From an uncultured Myxococcales bacterium (GTDB lineage: Bacteria > Myxococcota_A > SURF-8 > CAYNVS01), in the NCBI GenBank assembly GCA_964400725.1, contig CAYNVS010000005.1, positions 8,632 to 72,631 of the forward strand: 64,000 nucleotides of DNA, written 5' to 3'. Shown here piece after piece: positions 45,475 to 55,700 of the stretch. The position numbers and the translations under genes were made by a program. Positions within the stretch are counted from its first letter, which is position 1; each line of letters begins with the position of its first letter. The notes beneath the pieces are model-generated. The model was given only the letters and a program-made list of their open reading frames with translations. It searched no databases and had not been told where the DNA came from.

Positions 45475-48138
45475 TTAATGCGAATTAATCGTAATTTTTT
45501 GACCGTACCAGCTGGAAACCTCAACTCTCGGCTTCTCCCCGTCCGCAAGAGCTTCGTCAAATCTTATTTTAATCGTTTTTTTGCCTCTGGGAAGCAAGGT
45601 TACGTAGTTATCGGAGTAGTAACTGGGTATAATCTCTTCGCCGTCGCTTTTTACCAGCCGCAGCTTAACCATAAAGGCTATTCTTTGACCGAGGTTGGAA
45701 AGCGCAACTTCAACTTCCGATCCGTTTGTCGTCGCAAGCGCGGTAATATCCGTCGCCGGCAAATTTGGCAGAGCCTTTAAGTCGGCGTATTGCGATACGG
45801 GAGTATGATGGAAATCCGTATTGGCAAAATCCATCGTTTCGGCTTTCGTCGAAAGCGCATAGACGTTTTGCGTTAGTTCTTCGCCTTCAGAATTGGCCAG
45901 CGTAAGAAATACTAAATAGGCCGTTCCAAGTTTATCTTTCAAATTTTCAAGAGCCGCCGCAAGCTCTAGTATTTTCATCGTTCCGTCCGCCTCGACCGAT
46001 AATCCTTCTTTTGCAATCTCGAAGAGTTTTTCCGAGCCGGTCGAGTATATAGCCGCCTTTGCCGATATTTTCTCGGCTTTTTCATAGGAGTTGTTTACTA
46101 TCCATACGCTCGAATCGTCGTACGAATAAATAATGTGCAGCGGTTCTAAAGCCTTCTTCGCCCCGAAATAGCCGCCCGCCTGCCTATAATAATAATCGTG
46201 CAAATGCCATATCAGCGAAGGCCAAGAATTGTTGTACATCCATTGAATTACTCCTGTTGTTTTGGCGTATTTATTCCGTCCGTACGCCTCGAACATCGCC
46301 CGCTCTCCCTCGTAGGCCAAATATTCGGCCTTCCATAAAAAATCCTCAAGACTTTTAGGCTCGCCGAGGCGTTCTTTCATCGCTTCGTAAAAAATAGAAA
46401 TTCCTATAAACGCGCCCTGCCCCGTATGCCATTTCCATACGTCGTCCATAGGCCACAGGCTTTCTTTCGGAATAAAATTAACAAGGCTTTCGTATGGAGG
46501 AATCGAAGGCCCTGGACCCGTTTCGGTGTTGAATCCGTAAGCTCCGCCGTATTGTTTATCCGCAAGCCAGTAACTTGGCGGAATCCAGTTATATGGGCCG
46601 GTCATTTTTACGCCGGAAGGCCCGGTAACCTCGCTTGCTTCGTCGTCCGCGCTGGAGCCGACGGGATTTGGCCACTGCAAATCTTTCAATACCTGCAAAT
46701 ACATACGCTCGACGTCCGGAGCCGGCGGATCGTCGCTGCCGTACCACCAAACGAGAAGACTTGGATGTTTGCGAAGTTTTTTAATAAGACTGACAAGCGA
46801 CTCTTTCGCTATGTTCTTATGCTCTTGGCTCCAATTTGCGGAGTTCTGCCACGAGTCGCAGCAGCACCATCCGGCGATGAGCAGCAGTCCCGCTTTATCG
46901 CACTTGTTCATAAATCTGTCGGTCTCGAATTTGCCTTCCAAACGCAAAGCGTTAAGCCCTAAGTCCAGCGCGTAGGCGACGTCAATATCCTCCTTCTCCG
47001 GAAATTCTCTAACGAGCATATCGTAAGTGTAGCCGCCGCCGTTTATAAAGATTTTTTTGCCGTTTATCTTATATTGAACCCAGTTCTCCTCGGTCATTTC
47101 CGCCGTAATCTCTCGGATTCCGAAGTCGAATGTAAGTTTGTCCGAAATGCGTTCGCCAGCATAAACCGACAAAGTCATCGTATAAAGTTCCGGCTTTCCC
47201 ATTCTCGCCGGAAACCATAGTCTCGGATTTTCCAATATAAGCTCAGGCGCGTCGTTGTAAGAAATAGTCGCGTCTTTTATCTCGTTCGCGCCCAAATCAA
47301 ATTTTTTTTCAAACTTTAAATTGTCCGTCTCTCCTTTGAGAGTAACCGCCACCGGTTTGTCGGAGTAATTCTCAATCTCGGCGACTACCGTAAGATTGGC
47401 TTTGTTCTCCCCTTCGAGCTTGGCGGCGACCATCGGATGACGCAGCGCGACCGGCGCGTCGGTCAAGCTGAGATAAACGCGGCGGTAAAGCCCCATATTT
47501 CTATCGGGCGGTTGAGGGTTCCAATCGACCCAGCTTATAGCCAAGTCTTCGTGAATCTCCGGCGCGAAAACCTGAACCGCCAAAACGTTGGGCTTGTCGA
47601 AGACGAGCTTATCGGTAACGTTGAAGAAATATTCGCGAAAAGTTCCTATAACGTCTGATTGCGAGGCGATTTTTTCCCCGTTAAGCCAAATATCGGCTTT
47701 GTAGTTTATACCCTCAAAGTTCAGCCAGACGTTCTTCTTCTTCGAATAATTTGGCAGAGTTATCTCTTTACGGTACCACCACCCCTTCTTATACGGGCTG
47801 TCGTCGGGCATTCTCCAAAAACCCGGCGAATACCCCTCGAAATTCCGCATCTCGTTTGAATAATAAGGATTTGGCAGTTTGCCCGCCTGAACCAAAGCCG
47901 CCAAAACGGTATTGGGAACCGTTATCGAAGTCCACCCCGACGCGTCGTACGCCGGCGTAGAAAGAGCGGAGCCGTCGTCTCCGACATCTGAGGAAACGGC
48001 TAGTTTCCATCCTTCCTTCAGCGGAATGACGCTTTCCGCCGTTATTTTCGCTCCGTCCGTTTTTCCGCACGAAAGAGCCAGCGCGGCGAACGCCAGCGCC
48101 CCGACCGCCGTAAAAAAATAATATTTGCAGGCCGTCAT
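45475..48138 (-). CDS. glycoside hydrolase family 2 lipoprotein (beta-mannosidase / exo-beta-D-glucosaminidase-like)
   Basis: Lipobox ALSCG. The GH2 sugar-binding N-domain motif KKGWWYRKEITLP is present. Length of 887 aa and domain order are typical of GH2 exo-glycosidases. Confidence 0.75.
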   Translation of the reverse strand: MTACKYYFFTAVGALAFAALALSCGKTDGAKITAESVIPLKEGWKLAVSSDVGDDGSALSTPAYDASGWTSITVPNTVLAALVQAGKLPNPYYSNEMRNFEGYSPGFWRMPDDSPYKKGWWYRKEITLPNYSKKKNVWLNFEGINYKADIWLNGEKIASQSDVIGTFREYFFNVTDKLVFDKPNVLAVQVFAPEIHEDLAISWVDWNPQPPDRNMGLYRRVYLSLTDAPVALRHPMVAAKLEGENKANLTVVAEIENYSDKPVAVTLKGETDNLKFEKKFDLGANEIKDATISYNDAPELILENPRLWFPARMGKPELYTMTLSVYAGERISDKLTFDFGIREITAEMTEENWVQYKINGKKIFINGGGYTYDMLVREFPEKEDIDVAYALDLGLNALRLEGKFETDRFMNKCDKAGLLLIAGWCCCDSWQNSANWSQEHKNIAKESLVSLIKKLRKHPSLLVWWYGSDDPPAPDVERMYLQVLKDLQWPNPVGSSADDEASEVTGPSGVKMTGPYNWIPPSYWLADKQYGGAYGFNTETGPGPSIPPYESLVNFIPKESLWPMDDVWKWHTGQGAFIGISIFYEAMKERLGEPKSLEDFLWKAEYLAYEGERAMFEAYGRNKYAKTTGVIQWMYNNSWPSLIWHLHDYYYRQAGGYFGAKKALEPLHIIYSYDDSSVWIVNNSYEKAEKISAKAAIYSTGSEKLFEIAKEGLSVEADGTMKILELAAALENLKDKLGTAYLVFLTLANSEGEELTQNVYALSTKAETMDFANTDFHHTPVSQYADLKALPNLPATDITALATTNGSEVEVALSNLGQRIAFMVKLRLVKSDGEEIIPSYYSDNYVTLLPRGKKTIKIRFDEALADGEKPRVEVSSWYGQKITINSH

Positions 48139-49196
48139 TGATTTTCCTTTTCGGATAGGGAGCCGAAGATTTTTTCAATGTTCGCTTTATACGGGGGGTG
48201 TATAACTCCTCTATCGGTAATAATCGCCGTTACGAGCTGGTGCGGAGTCAAGTCGAAGGAAGGATTGTAAACGACCGCGTCCTTAGGAGCGATCTGTTTT
48301 CCGTTAAACATTTTCATCTCTTCCGCGTTCCTGCTTTCGATTATTATTTGATCCTTCGATGCGGTCGCGACGTCGACCGTGGAAGCGGGCGCGGCGACGT
48401 AAAACGGGATTCCGTGCATACGCGCCAGCGAAGCGATGGAATACGTGCCTATTTTGTTGGCCACGTCTCCGTTGGCGGCTATTCTGTCGGCGCCGGTAAT
48501 AACAAGATCGACCTTTCCCTGCTGCATTAAAAAGCCGGCCATGTTGTCGCATATCAGCGCGCACGGAATCTCGTCCTGCATCAGCTCCCATGCGGTAATG
48601 CGCGCCCCTTGCAGCACGGGCCGCGTTTCGTCCACCCAAACGTGAATTTTTTTCTTTTGGGCGACGGCGCTGCGTATTACCCCCAAAGCCGTTCCGTGCC
48701 CTCCGGTGGCTAAAGCGCCGGCGTTGCAATGCGTAAGAACGTTCGAGGAATCCGGAATAAGATCGGCGCCGAAAACTCCCATTCGGACGTTCATTTCAAC
48801 GTCCTCGCGGTGAATGGCCTGAGCCTCCTTTAAAAGATAATCGGTAATCCGCGGAGTCGGACGGTCGGCGTGCTTAATCGCCGTCTTTTCCATTCGGTCG
48901 AGCGCCCAAAACAGATTAACGGCCGTCGGACGCGTCGAGCGCAGAAGCTCGGACGCTTTTCGCAAAATTTGCAGATATTCTCCAAGCTCGCATTCCTCGC
49001 ATTGGCGCATTCTGAGAACCAACCCGTAGGCGGCCGCTATGCCTATAGCGGGAGCTCCGCGCACTTCCAGCTTTTTTATCGACTGAGCGACATCCTCGGC
49101 GGTCTTGCAAATTTTGCGCGTCAATTCCGCCGGAAGAGCCGTCTGATCTATTATTTCAAGTCCTTCTTCCGTCCATTTCACGGGCGAAATTATCAT
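48135..49196 (-). CDS. mtnA: S-methyl-5-thioribose-1-phosphate isomerase (eIF-2B alpha/beta/delta family)
   Basis: Family motifs LEVRGAPAIGIAAAYG; 353 aa; overlaps the GH2 start by 4 nt. Confidence 0.82.
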   Translation of the reverse strand: MIISPVKWTEEGLEIIDQTALPAELTRKICKTAEDVAQSIKKLEVRGAPAIGIAAAYGLVLRMRQCEECELGEYLQILRKASELLRSTRPTAVNLFWALDRMEKTAIKHADRPTPRITDYLLKEAQAIHREDVEMNVRMGVFGADLIPDSSNVLTHCNAGALATGGHGTALGVIRSAVAQKKKIHVWVDETRPVLQGARITAWELMQDEIPCALICDNMAGFLMQQGKVDLVITGADRIAANGDVANKIGTYSIASLARMHGIPFYVAAPASTVDVATASKDQIIIESRNAEEMKMFNGKQIAPKDAVVYNPSFDLTPHQLVTAIITDRGVIHPPYKANIEKIFGSLSEKENQ

Positions 49197-49257
49197 AGTC
49201 GTATCCTTCCCTGCTTTTTATCGGCGCTTCGGAGCGCTTAATCGTTCCGCCTAAATT

Positions 49258-49620
49258 TTATTTTTTCCTGTCCAGAAAATTATCTAAGGTTTTCTTGTCG
49301 TAGCTGTCCAGCTCGTCCTGCTGCTTGCCGTGCAAATCTTGTATCTCGCGCTTCCCCTTGTTTACGTTTTCGTCGGCGTTTTCAACGGCTTTGTCCCATA
49401 TGTCGTCGGCTTTGCCGGTGATGGCCGCCCAGCTTTTTGTAAGGTAATCCACGCCTAAAGCGTTGTCGATATGCCACAGCCCCCTATGACCGTCCCACGA
49501 TACGAACGCCATTACGACGTATAATATCGCTAAAACGACCGCGCTTTTTATGGCGACCAATATGACGTCTTGAATTACGAAAAAAAATCCTCTCTCTCCC
49601 CTTTTCGCCTTCATAGCCAT
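49258..49620 (-). CDS. hypothetical small membrane protein
   Basis: 120 aa with one TM helix (VILVAIKSAVVLAILYVVMAFV) and a charged C-terminus. Confidence 0.4.
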   Translation of the reverse strand: MAMKAKRGERGFFFVIQDVILVAIKSAVVLAILYVVMAFVSWDGHRGLWHIDNALGVDYLTKSWAAITGKADDIWDKAVENADENVNKGKREIQDLHGKQQDELDSYDKKTLDNFLDRKK

Positions 49621-49767
49621 TTTACCCTCCGTAATCCTTTCAATGCGCGCCTATTCGCTCGCCGAATTCGGCTCCAAAAACGCCGCCGCGCTTTCATTGG
49701 CGAACGCACATCATAATTATATCTTATGCTCATCTGACGGCAAAAGCAACGCTCTTAAAAACGCTTC

Positions 49768-51918
49768 TTACAGCCTCGATTTTGAAACCCTTAAGGCGAA
49801 CTCTACGCCTTCCAGCAGGCGCGGAAGAGAAATCTCGAAATAAAGCGCCGTTCCCTGATAATTGCGCTCAAAACCCGCCTCGGATACCGATACGGTCTCA
49901 ATCGGATGAGCCGCGCACCGCGTCGGCTCGGACAACCACACATCCAGCGCGACGCCCCTGTATTCGTCGATAATTTTAATCGAGCTTGCGGTTGCGTCTA
50001 TTTCAGCGTTCAGCGGCGTTTTTTCTCCGCCGTCAATAGATATGCCGCGGTAGTCGTCCAGCGCGTTAAGCGTAAAGTCGTACTCTATATAAACGCTTTT
50101 ATCGTCGAGCTCTGCGCCTTGTTCGAGATTTGCGTTTTCCAGCCAGAAGCCGAAACCGATTTCCGTTTTGTCCGCCGCGACCGCAAAATATTTTCCTACG
50201 TCGGCGCTCGCGCCCTCCGTCAAAGCGACTGAGCCCGCCGTAAAGCAGACGTTTATCGTCTCTCCGTCGGCCTCGCATTCGTCCAAATTCATGGGCGTAT
50301 TGTGCAAAGCTCCGAGCGCGTCGAACGCCTGACTCCTGAAATCCTCGGCCTTCAGCCCTTTCTTCGCGACAAAGGCGCGGAAAGGCAGTCTCGTCCATTT
50401 GTCGATTACCAGATATTTATCCAGCCCTTTCTCTTTCGAGGCGACTATATCGTGAATGGATGCGGGTTTTTCGCCTTCTTCCGCTTCCTTTTCCGCGTCC
50501 TTAACTTTTCGGTGATACGCTTCCATGCGCCGGGTCAGAACGTCGGTGTAAGAAACGCGCTCCTCAAGGTCGCACCATAAGTAAAGGCATCCGCCTTCCC
50601 TTCCGCTGAAAACGGCCGTGTGCGAAGACGCGCAGACTATCGCGTCGCTTCGGTTGCCGTCGCAGTTGAAATCGACGTTCTTTACCGCCGACGGCTTGTT
50701 CCACGGCAAAAGCCTGTCGGCCTCGATAAGCCTGTCGTACACGGCGCCGCGTAAAAACGGCAGATAAAGCCCGCCGAACAAACCGTGCCAGTAGGCGTCG
50801 TTGCACTGTCCCATTAACATCGCGAAGTCCGCTTCGCCGACTTTTTTAGAGTTCTTTTTATCCTCAAGCAGAACGTTTATTTCTTTGCTTAAAAACTGCA
50901 TGTACTTGTGCATGCGGTTCGATTCCTCGTACTTCGTCAGAAATTCGTCCCAGAAGCCGCCTTTTATTTTAGCGAATCCTCTTTCGCCCAGCTCGCGGTA
51001 AAGCTCTTCCTGCTCTATCGTCGCCTCCGGCGGCAGAGCCCATTCCATCATTTCGCGGTAGCTGGTGGTCGGCAACGCGACTCGGCCGTTGGAAATTTTC
51101 GCGTCCGCGACTTCGGAAAGAAGAGCGGTATTTAACCAGTCTGAATTTTCCTCAACGGCCGTTAGAAATTTTTCAAGCCACTTTTTTTCGTAAACCCACT
51201 CGAAGGTGCCCGGCCATACGCCGAATTTTTCGCCGTCGTCAAGATAGGTCAATACATGCCCGATGCCGGAGTCCTTTTTTATTAGATTCAGCGGCTCGCC
51301 TTCCAGCTCCTTCGCCCATTCTTTCAACTCGGCGATGAATTCTTTCACTTCCTTGAAAGGAACGCGGTAGCGCAAAGCCTCGCTTATCGGGAATATTTTC
51401 GTAGTAAAGCCGTGTTTGTCCGCGGCAAAGTACCCTTCGAGGTTGCGGCGTTTCATTCCCGAATAGAAAAAGTGATAATCGTCCACCGCGACGTACTCCA
51501 CGCCCAAAGGCGCGAGTACGCTCGGCAGCGCCGGCTCCCATATGCGCTCGGTGAGCCATATTCCGCGCGGCGTCGCGCCGAACAGCTCGTTTGTAAGAGC
51601 GTTCATCAGCTTAATCTGACGCGCAACGTCGGAGGGCGGAATGGAGCAGAGTATCGCCTCGGATATTCCGCTTCCAAGAATTTCCGCCCGCCCTTTTTCG
51701 ATAAGGCGGCGGATTTTTTTTAGATAATCAGGCTCATGCTCTTTAAGCCAAAGAAGCAGCGGACCTGAGAAATGGACGTTCCATTTAACGCTCGGATGTT
51801 TTTCAATAGTTTCTATGAACGGCATGTAACAGCGCGCCAGCGAATCCTTCATCACATGGTCGAAATTTCCATAAGGCTGGTGATTGTGAATGCCGATGCA
51901 AAGAGTCAGCTTGCTCAT
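49768..51918 (-). CDS. glycoside hydrolase family 57 (alpha-glucan-active: 4-alpha-glucanotransferase / branching-enzyme-like)
   Basis: GH57 signatures IGIHNHQP and HFSGPLLLWLKEHEP; 716 aa. Confidence 0.8.
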   Translation of the reverse strand: MSKLTLCIGIHNHQPYGNFDHVMKDSLARCYMPFIETIEKHPSVKWNVHFSGPLLLWLKEHEPDYLKKIRRLIEKGRAEILGSGISEAILCSIPPSDVARQIKLMNALTNELFGATPRGIWLTERIWEPALPSVLAPLGVEYVAVDDYHFFYSGMKRRNLEGYFAADKHGFTTKIFPISEALRYRVPFKEVKEFIAELKEWAKELEGEPLNLIKKDSGIGHVLTYLDDGEKFGVWPGTFEWVYEKKWLEKFLTAVEENSDWLNTALLSEVADAKISNGRVALPTTSYREMMEWALPPEATIEQEELYRELGERGFAKIKGGFWDEFLTKYEESNRMHKYMQFLSKEINVLLEDKKNSKKVGEADFAMLMGQCNDAYWHGLFGGLYLPFLRGAVYDRLIEADRLLPWNKPSAVKNVDFNCDGNRSDAIVCASSHTAVFSGREGGCLYLWCDLEERVSYTDVLTRRMEAYHRKVKDAEKEAEEGEKPASIHDIVASKEKGLDKYLVIDKWTRLPFRAFVAKKGLKAEDFRSQAFDALGALHNTPMNLDECEADGETINVCFTAGSVALTEGASADVGKYFAVAADKTEIGFGFWLENANLEQGAELDDKSVYIEYDFTLNALDDYRGISIDGGEKTPLNAEIDATASSIKIIDEYRGVALDVWLSEPTRCAAHPIETVSVSEAGFERNYQGTALYFEISLPRLLEGVEFALRVSKSRL

Positions 51919-52261
51919 GGCGATAAAACCTTTCTTTATTCGTTTCGCTTCGTTGCTTTAAATGGATTTTACTTTTGAGCGTCCGCGAATGCAAGCCTTA
52001 ACGAGTTTGCGTCCGCGACAAATAAGCGGTTTATAACGTTTCTCGAAAGTTTTTTCCGATTGAATTTCCTTTTCTAGCCCGGTCTCTCGGCGCATTTTAC
52101 CTTCGTCAAAATACTAGGGATGTGCGGGAAAAGGCATTGCGTTCAAATAGCTGTAAAAGCAAAATATCCGTTCGCTCCGAGTAAACGCGCAAGCGTTTGT
52201 ATCGAGGGGCTTTCCTGAAATAAACGACAAAACTTTCGACAACCGCCATAAAACCCCGCGC

Positions 52262-52296
52262 AATAAAAAACCCCGAGACCTTTCGGTTTCGGGGCG
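52262..52296 (-). terminator. Rho-independent terminator downstream of the XRE regulator gene
   Basis: The minus-strand sense reads CCCCGAAACCGAAAGGTCTCGGGG followed by TTTTTTATTG. Confidence 0.75.
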
Positions 52297-52341
52297 TATT
52301 TACAAACCCTGTAAAACGTTTTTACTTTTGTCGCAGTTATA

Positions 52342-52674
52342 CTATTTCTTCTTTTTTAAAGCAGTAATCGGCGTCGTCGGCTTCTTGGAAACGACTTTCT
52401 CCGGCTCTTTCGCCTCGCGCGCGGCCTTTCCCTTTTCCTGAACGTACTGCTCGTAGTTCGGGAAAACGTCCTCAACCGAGGGGGGCGCGTCGATGGCGAG
52501 CTTGGTATAGGCTTCGCGCAGCGATTTCATAATTTTGCGGATGGTGCCCAGATGATAGTTGTTCCCTTCCTCTATTCGCTTTACGGTGATGACGCTCACC
52601 CCGGCCGCCTTGGCCAGCTCGTTGGGGCTCATCATCGCTCTGAGTCTGTATTTGGTCAGGTTGTTCTCGTGCAT
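52342..52674 (-). CDS. XRE-family helix-turn-helix transcriptional regulator
   Basis: HTH_XRE core LRAMMSPNELAKAAGVSVITVKRIEEG; 110 aa with a basic C-terminal tail. Confidence 0.75.
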   Translation of the reverse strand: MHENNLTKYRLRAMMSPNELAKAAGVSVITVKRIEEGNNYHLGTIRKIMKSLREAYTKLAIDAPPSVEDVFPNYEQYVQEKGKAAREAKEPEKVVSKKPTTPITALKKKK

Positions 52675-52794
52675 TTATATCTCCATGTCAGTAGCAAAAC
52701 ATTTATTTAATTTAGCCCTAATTTACTCCTATTGTCAATAAAATTCAGAAGTAAAAATGCACAAAACTTTTTGTCGCGAAAAGCGGCCTCCAGT

Positions 52795-55700
52795 CTAGGC
52801 TCGGCGTCCCGCCAGCATCCGTTTCCACTGGGCGTCGAAGAGTCTGTCTATGGTCGAGAAGCACGCCGGCCTGCGGTCGAACTGCTTTGCCGCGTCGGAT
52901 ACGGCGACGAATTTGGCCTTGCCGTTTTCTCTCGCAAATTCTTTCGCGAACAGGAGCTCTCCGCCGTTTCCGTCCCCGCCGTCGCTCCAAAGGAACGAGC
53001 CGGTCTCGCCTATCGTCTTAATCGGCGCGTAATACGGGTTCGCTTCCGCTATCATGGCGCGCGCGTCTTCAAGCGTCGGCTCCGCGCGGCCCGCCGCGAG
53101 GGCGTAAACGCCGCTTAAAACCTCGAAGCCCGTCTTGCCCGCCGGCGGCTCGAACACGCGCTTGAAAGCCGTTACTCTGCGTTCGGCGCTGGTCGCGCTT
53201 CCTTCCTGCTCGAAATAAGCGCTGCCGGGAATTGCGACGTTCGCCGCGCGCGTCGTTTCGGTCTCGAACATATCCACGACGCCCACGAACTCGGCCTGTC
53301 CCATAAGCTCGGCGTATTCGCGGTTAATGGCGAAGTCTTCGCCGAAAATAAACAGCCCCTTAATCTTGCGCTCCGCAATCATCTGTCTCAGCTCCATCAG
53401 CGAGCGGGCTCCCGAAAAAGAGGCGCCCTTAAAGCGCGGACTCTGAGAAACCGCGTCCGCGTGGGCCGACAAGTCTTTGTGCCCCTGATAGTTGGAATGT
53501 TCGTGCGCGAACATTATTCCGTTGTTCTCCTTGCCGATTTTGCCCGTCAGCAGAAGAATGTTGGCTATCATTTGCAAATCGCCGCCGCTGCGCTCCAGCG
53601 CCGAATCGATATTGTAAACAAAGACGACGCTCTTCGCCGGGTCGGCGATCAGGTTCGCGAACTTTTCAATTTTTTCTTTCTCTACGCCGGTCGCCTTTTC
53701 GGCTTTGTCCGCGGAGACGTTTACGGTTTTCGCAAACTCTTCGTACCCTTCGGTTCGGGCGTCTATGAAAGCGCGGTCAAGCAGGTTGTTTTTAATAATG
53801 TAATTAGCCGCCGCGCTTAACAGCGTCGCGTTGGTTCCGCGCTTGCCGTCCAGCCGCAAAGCGGAATGCGCCGTCAATTCGCTTTCGGTCGAGCTTACGC
53901 AGACCAAAGCGGCTCCGCGCTTTGCGGCGCGCTTTATTGAGAACCCAAGCACCGGATTTTCTCTCGTTACGTCGCTGTTTATTACGACGATTACGTCGGC
54001 GCGCTCAAGCTGCCTGCGGGAAAGCGTCGAGGCGGTAAGACCAAATCCGGCGTACAGGTCCCGGTCTTCGTCGTTGCGCGCCGTGTCGTAAAGGCTCGCG
54101 ATATTGTTGGTTTTAAAAACGCCGCGGGCGAGACGCTCGACAAGCATTACCTCTTCGTTGCTCGCTTTGGGCGAAATGAAGAACGCGACGCTGCCCGCGC
54201 CGTGCTTGTCCGCAACCGCTTTGAGTCCTTCGACGAGCTTTTTCTGCGCCGCGGCCATGTTTGTCGGAATTCGCTTTCCGCCTTCTATTATATGCGGCTC
54301 CCGCAGACGCATATCGGTAAGAATGTACCGATTGCCAAAGCGGCCTCTCATGCAAAGCTCGCCGTTTACGAACCGCGACTCTTTTTTGGCCGTTACGTAC
54401 CACACGTCGTCGTTCTTCTTGTTGAAGACGAGCCTGCATCCTACGCCGCAGTAGCCGCATAACGACTCGCTCTCAGTCGTCCGCCACGGCCCCGGCTTTT
54501 TTACGTCGAGGGCGAAGTCTATCGCTCCCGTGGGGCAGACTTCGATGCAGTTTCCGCAACTGATGCACGTGGTATTTTGCAGCGGCTTTTCCATCGACGG
54601 GCGGACAATCATGTCGTAGCCGCGGTTGATGAAGCCCAGCGCCGAGACCATTTGCAGGTCGGCGCACAAACGGACGCACTTGCCGCAAAGAATGCACTTG
54701 TTCGGGTCGAGCGTAATGTACGGGTGGCGGTCGTCAACCTTATACTTCTTCACCTTGCCGGAGAAACGCTTCTGGTCGGCGGCGTATTCGCCCGCGTAAC
54801 GCTTGAGGTCGCATGTAAATACCGCCGAGCAGCCGCACGACAGGCAGCGCTCGGTTTCGTGTTTCGCGCTCTCGGCCGTAACTCCGTGGTCGAGTTCCGT
54901 CCACGTCGAGATTCTCGTCGCGGGGTCGTCTTTTACCGTATGGCTGCGATGCGTCTTTTCGTATTTCGCGAAGAAGTCGGCGGGAAGCTCGCTCAAATTC
55001 GTTTTTTTGCTTAAAAACTCTTTATAAGCCGGAACCAGCTTGCCGGTTTGAATGTATTTGTCGATGGTATAAGCCGCTTTGCGCCCGGCGCCTATCGCGT
55101 CGGCGGCGGCCATCGGCCCGCTTTCGGCGTCTCCGCCCGCGAACACGCCCGGCACGTTGGTGGCGTAAGCGTCTTTCTCGACGATAATAGTCTCCCACTT
55201 TGTACTCTTCACGTCGCCCATGGCGTTGCCGCGAAGGCCCGTAAGGTCAACGTCTTGGCCGATGGCGGCGATTATCATGTTGCACGGGACGTCCTCTTCC
55301 GAGCCTTCCAGCGGCACGGGGCGGCGTCTGCCGGACGCGTCCGGCTCGCCCAGCGTCATTTTCTGGCAGCGCAGAGCCTTCAGGCTTCCATTTTCGCCGC
55401 GCACTACTTCCATGGGCGCAACAAGATATTTAATCTCGACGCCTTCGTCCAGCGCGTCCTGCACTTCTTCAGGGTCGGCGGGCATTTCCTCGGCGGTTCT
55501 GCGGTATAGCACCTGCACTTTGGCCGCGTTGCAGCGAAGCGCGGTGCGCGCCGCGTCGATTGCGGTGTTGCCGCCGCCGACCACGACGACCGTCCCTTTC
55601 AATTCCGGGGGAGCCGCCGCTTTTTTAACTTCGCCTAAAAAGTCCACGCCGCCGACGACGCCCGGCGTATCTTCGTTTTTAATGCGCATCGGCTTGGCCT

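Noticed and set aside
51985-52016. Direct repeat GCGTCCGCGA x2 upstream of the GH57 gene as a regulator site
   Set aside because: Only two short copies with no supporting promoter context. Could be chance in GC-rich sequence, so not reported as a feature.
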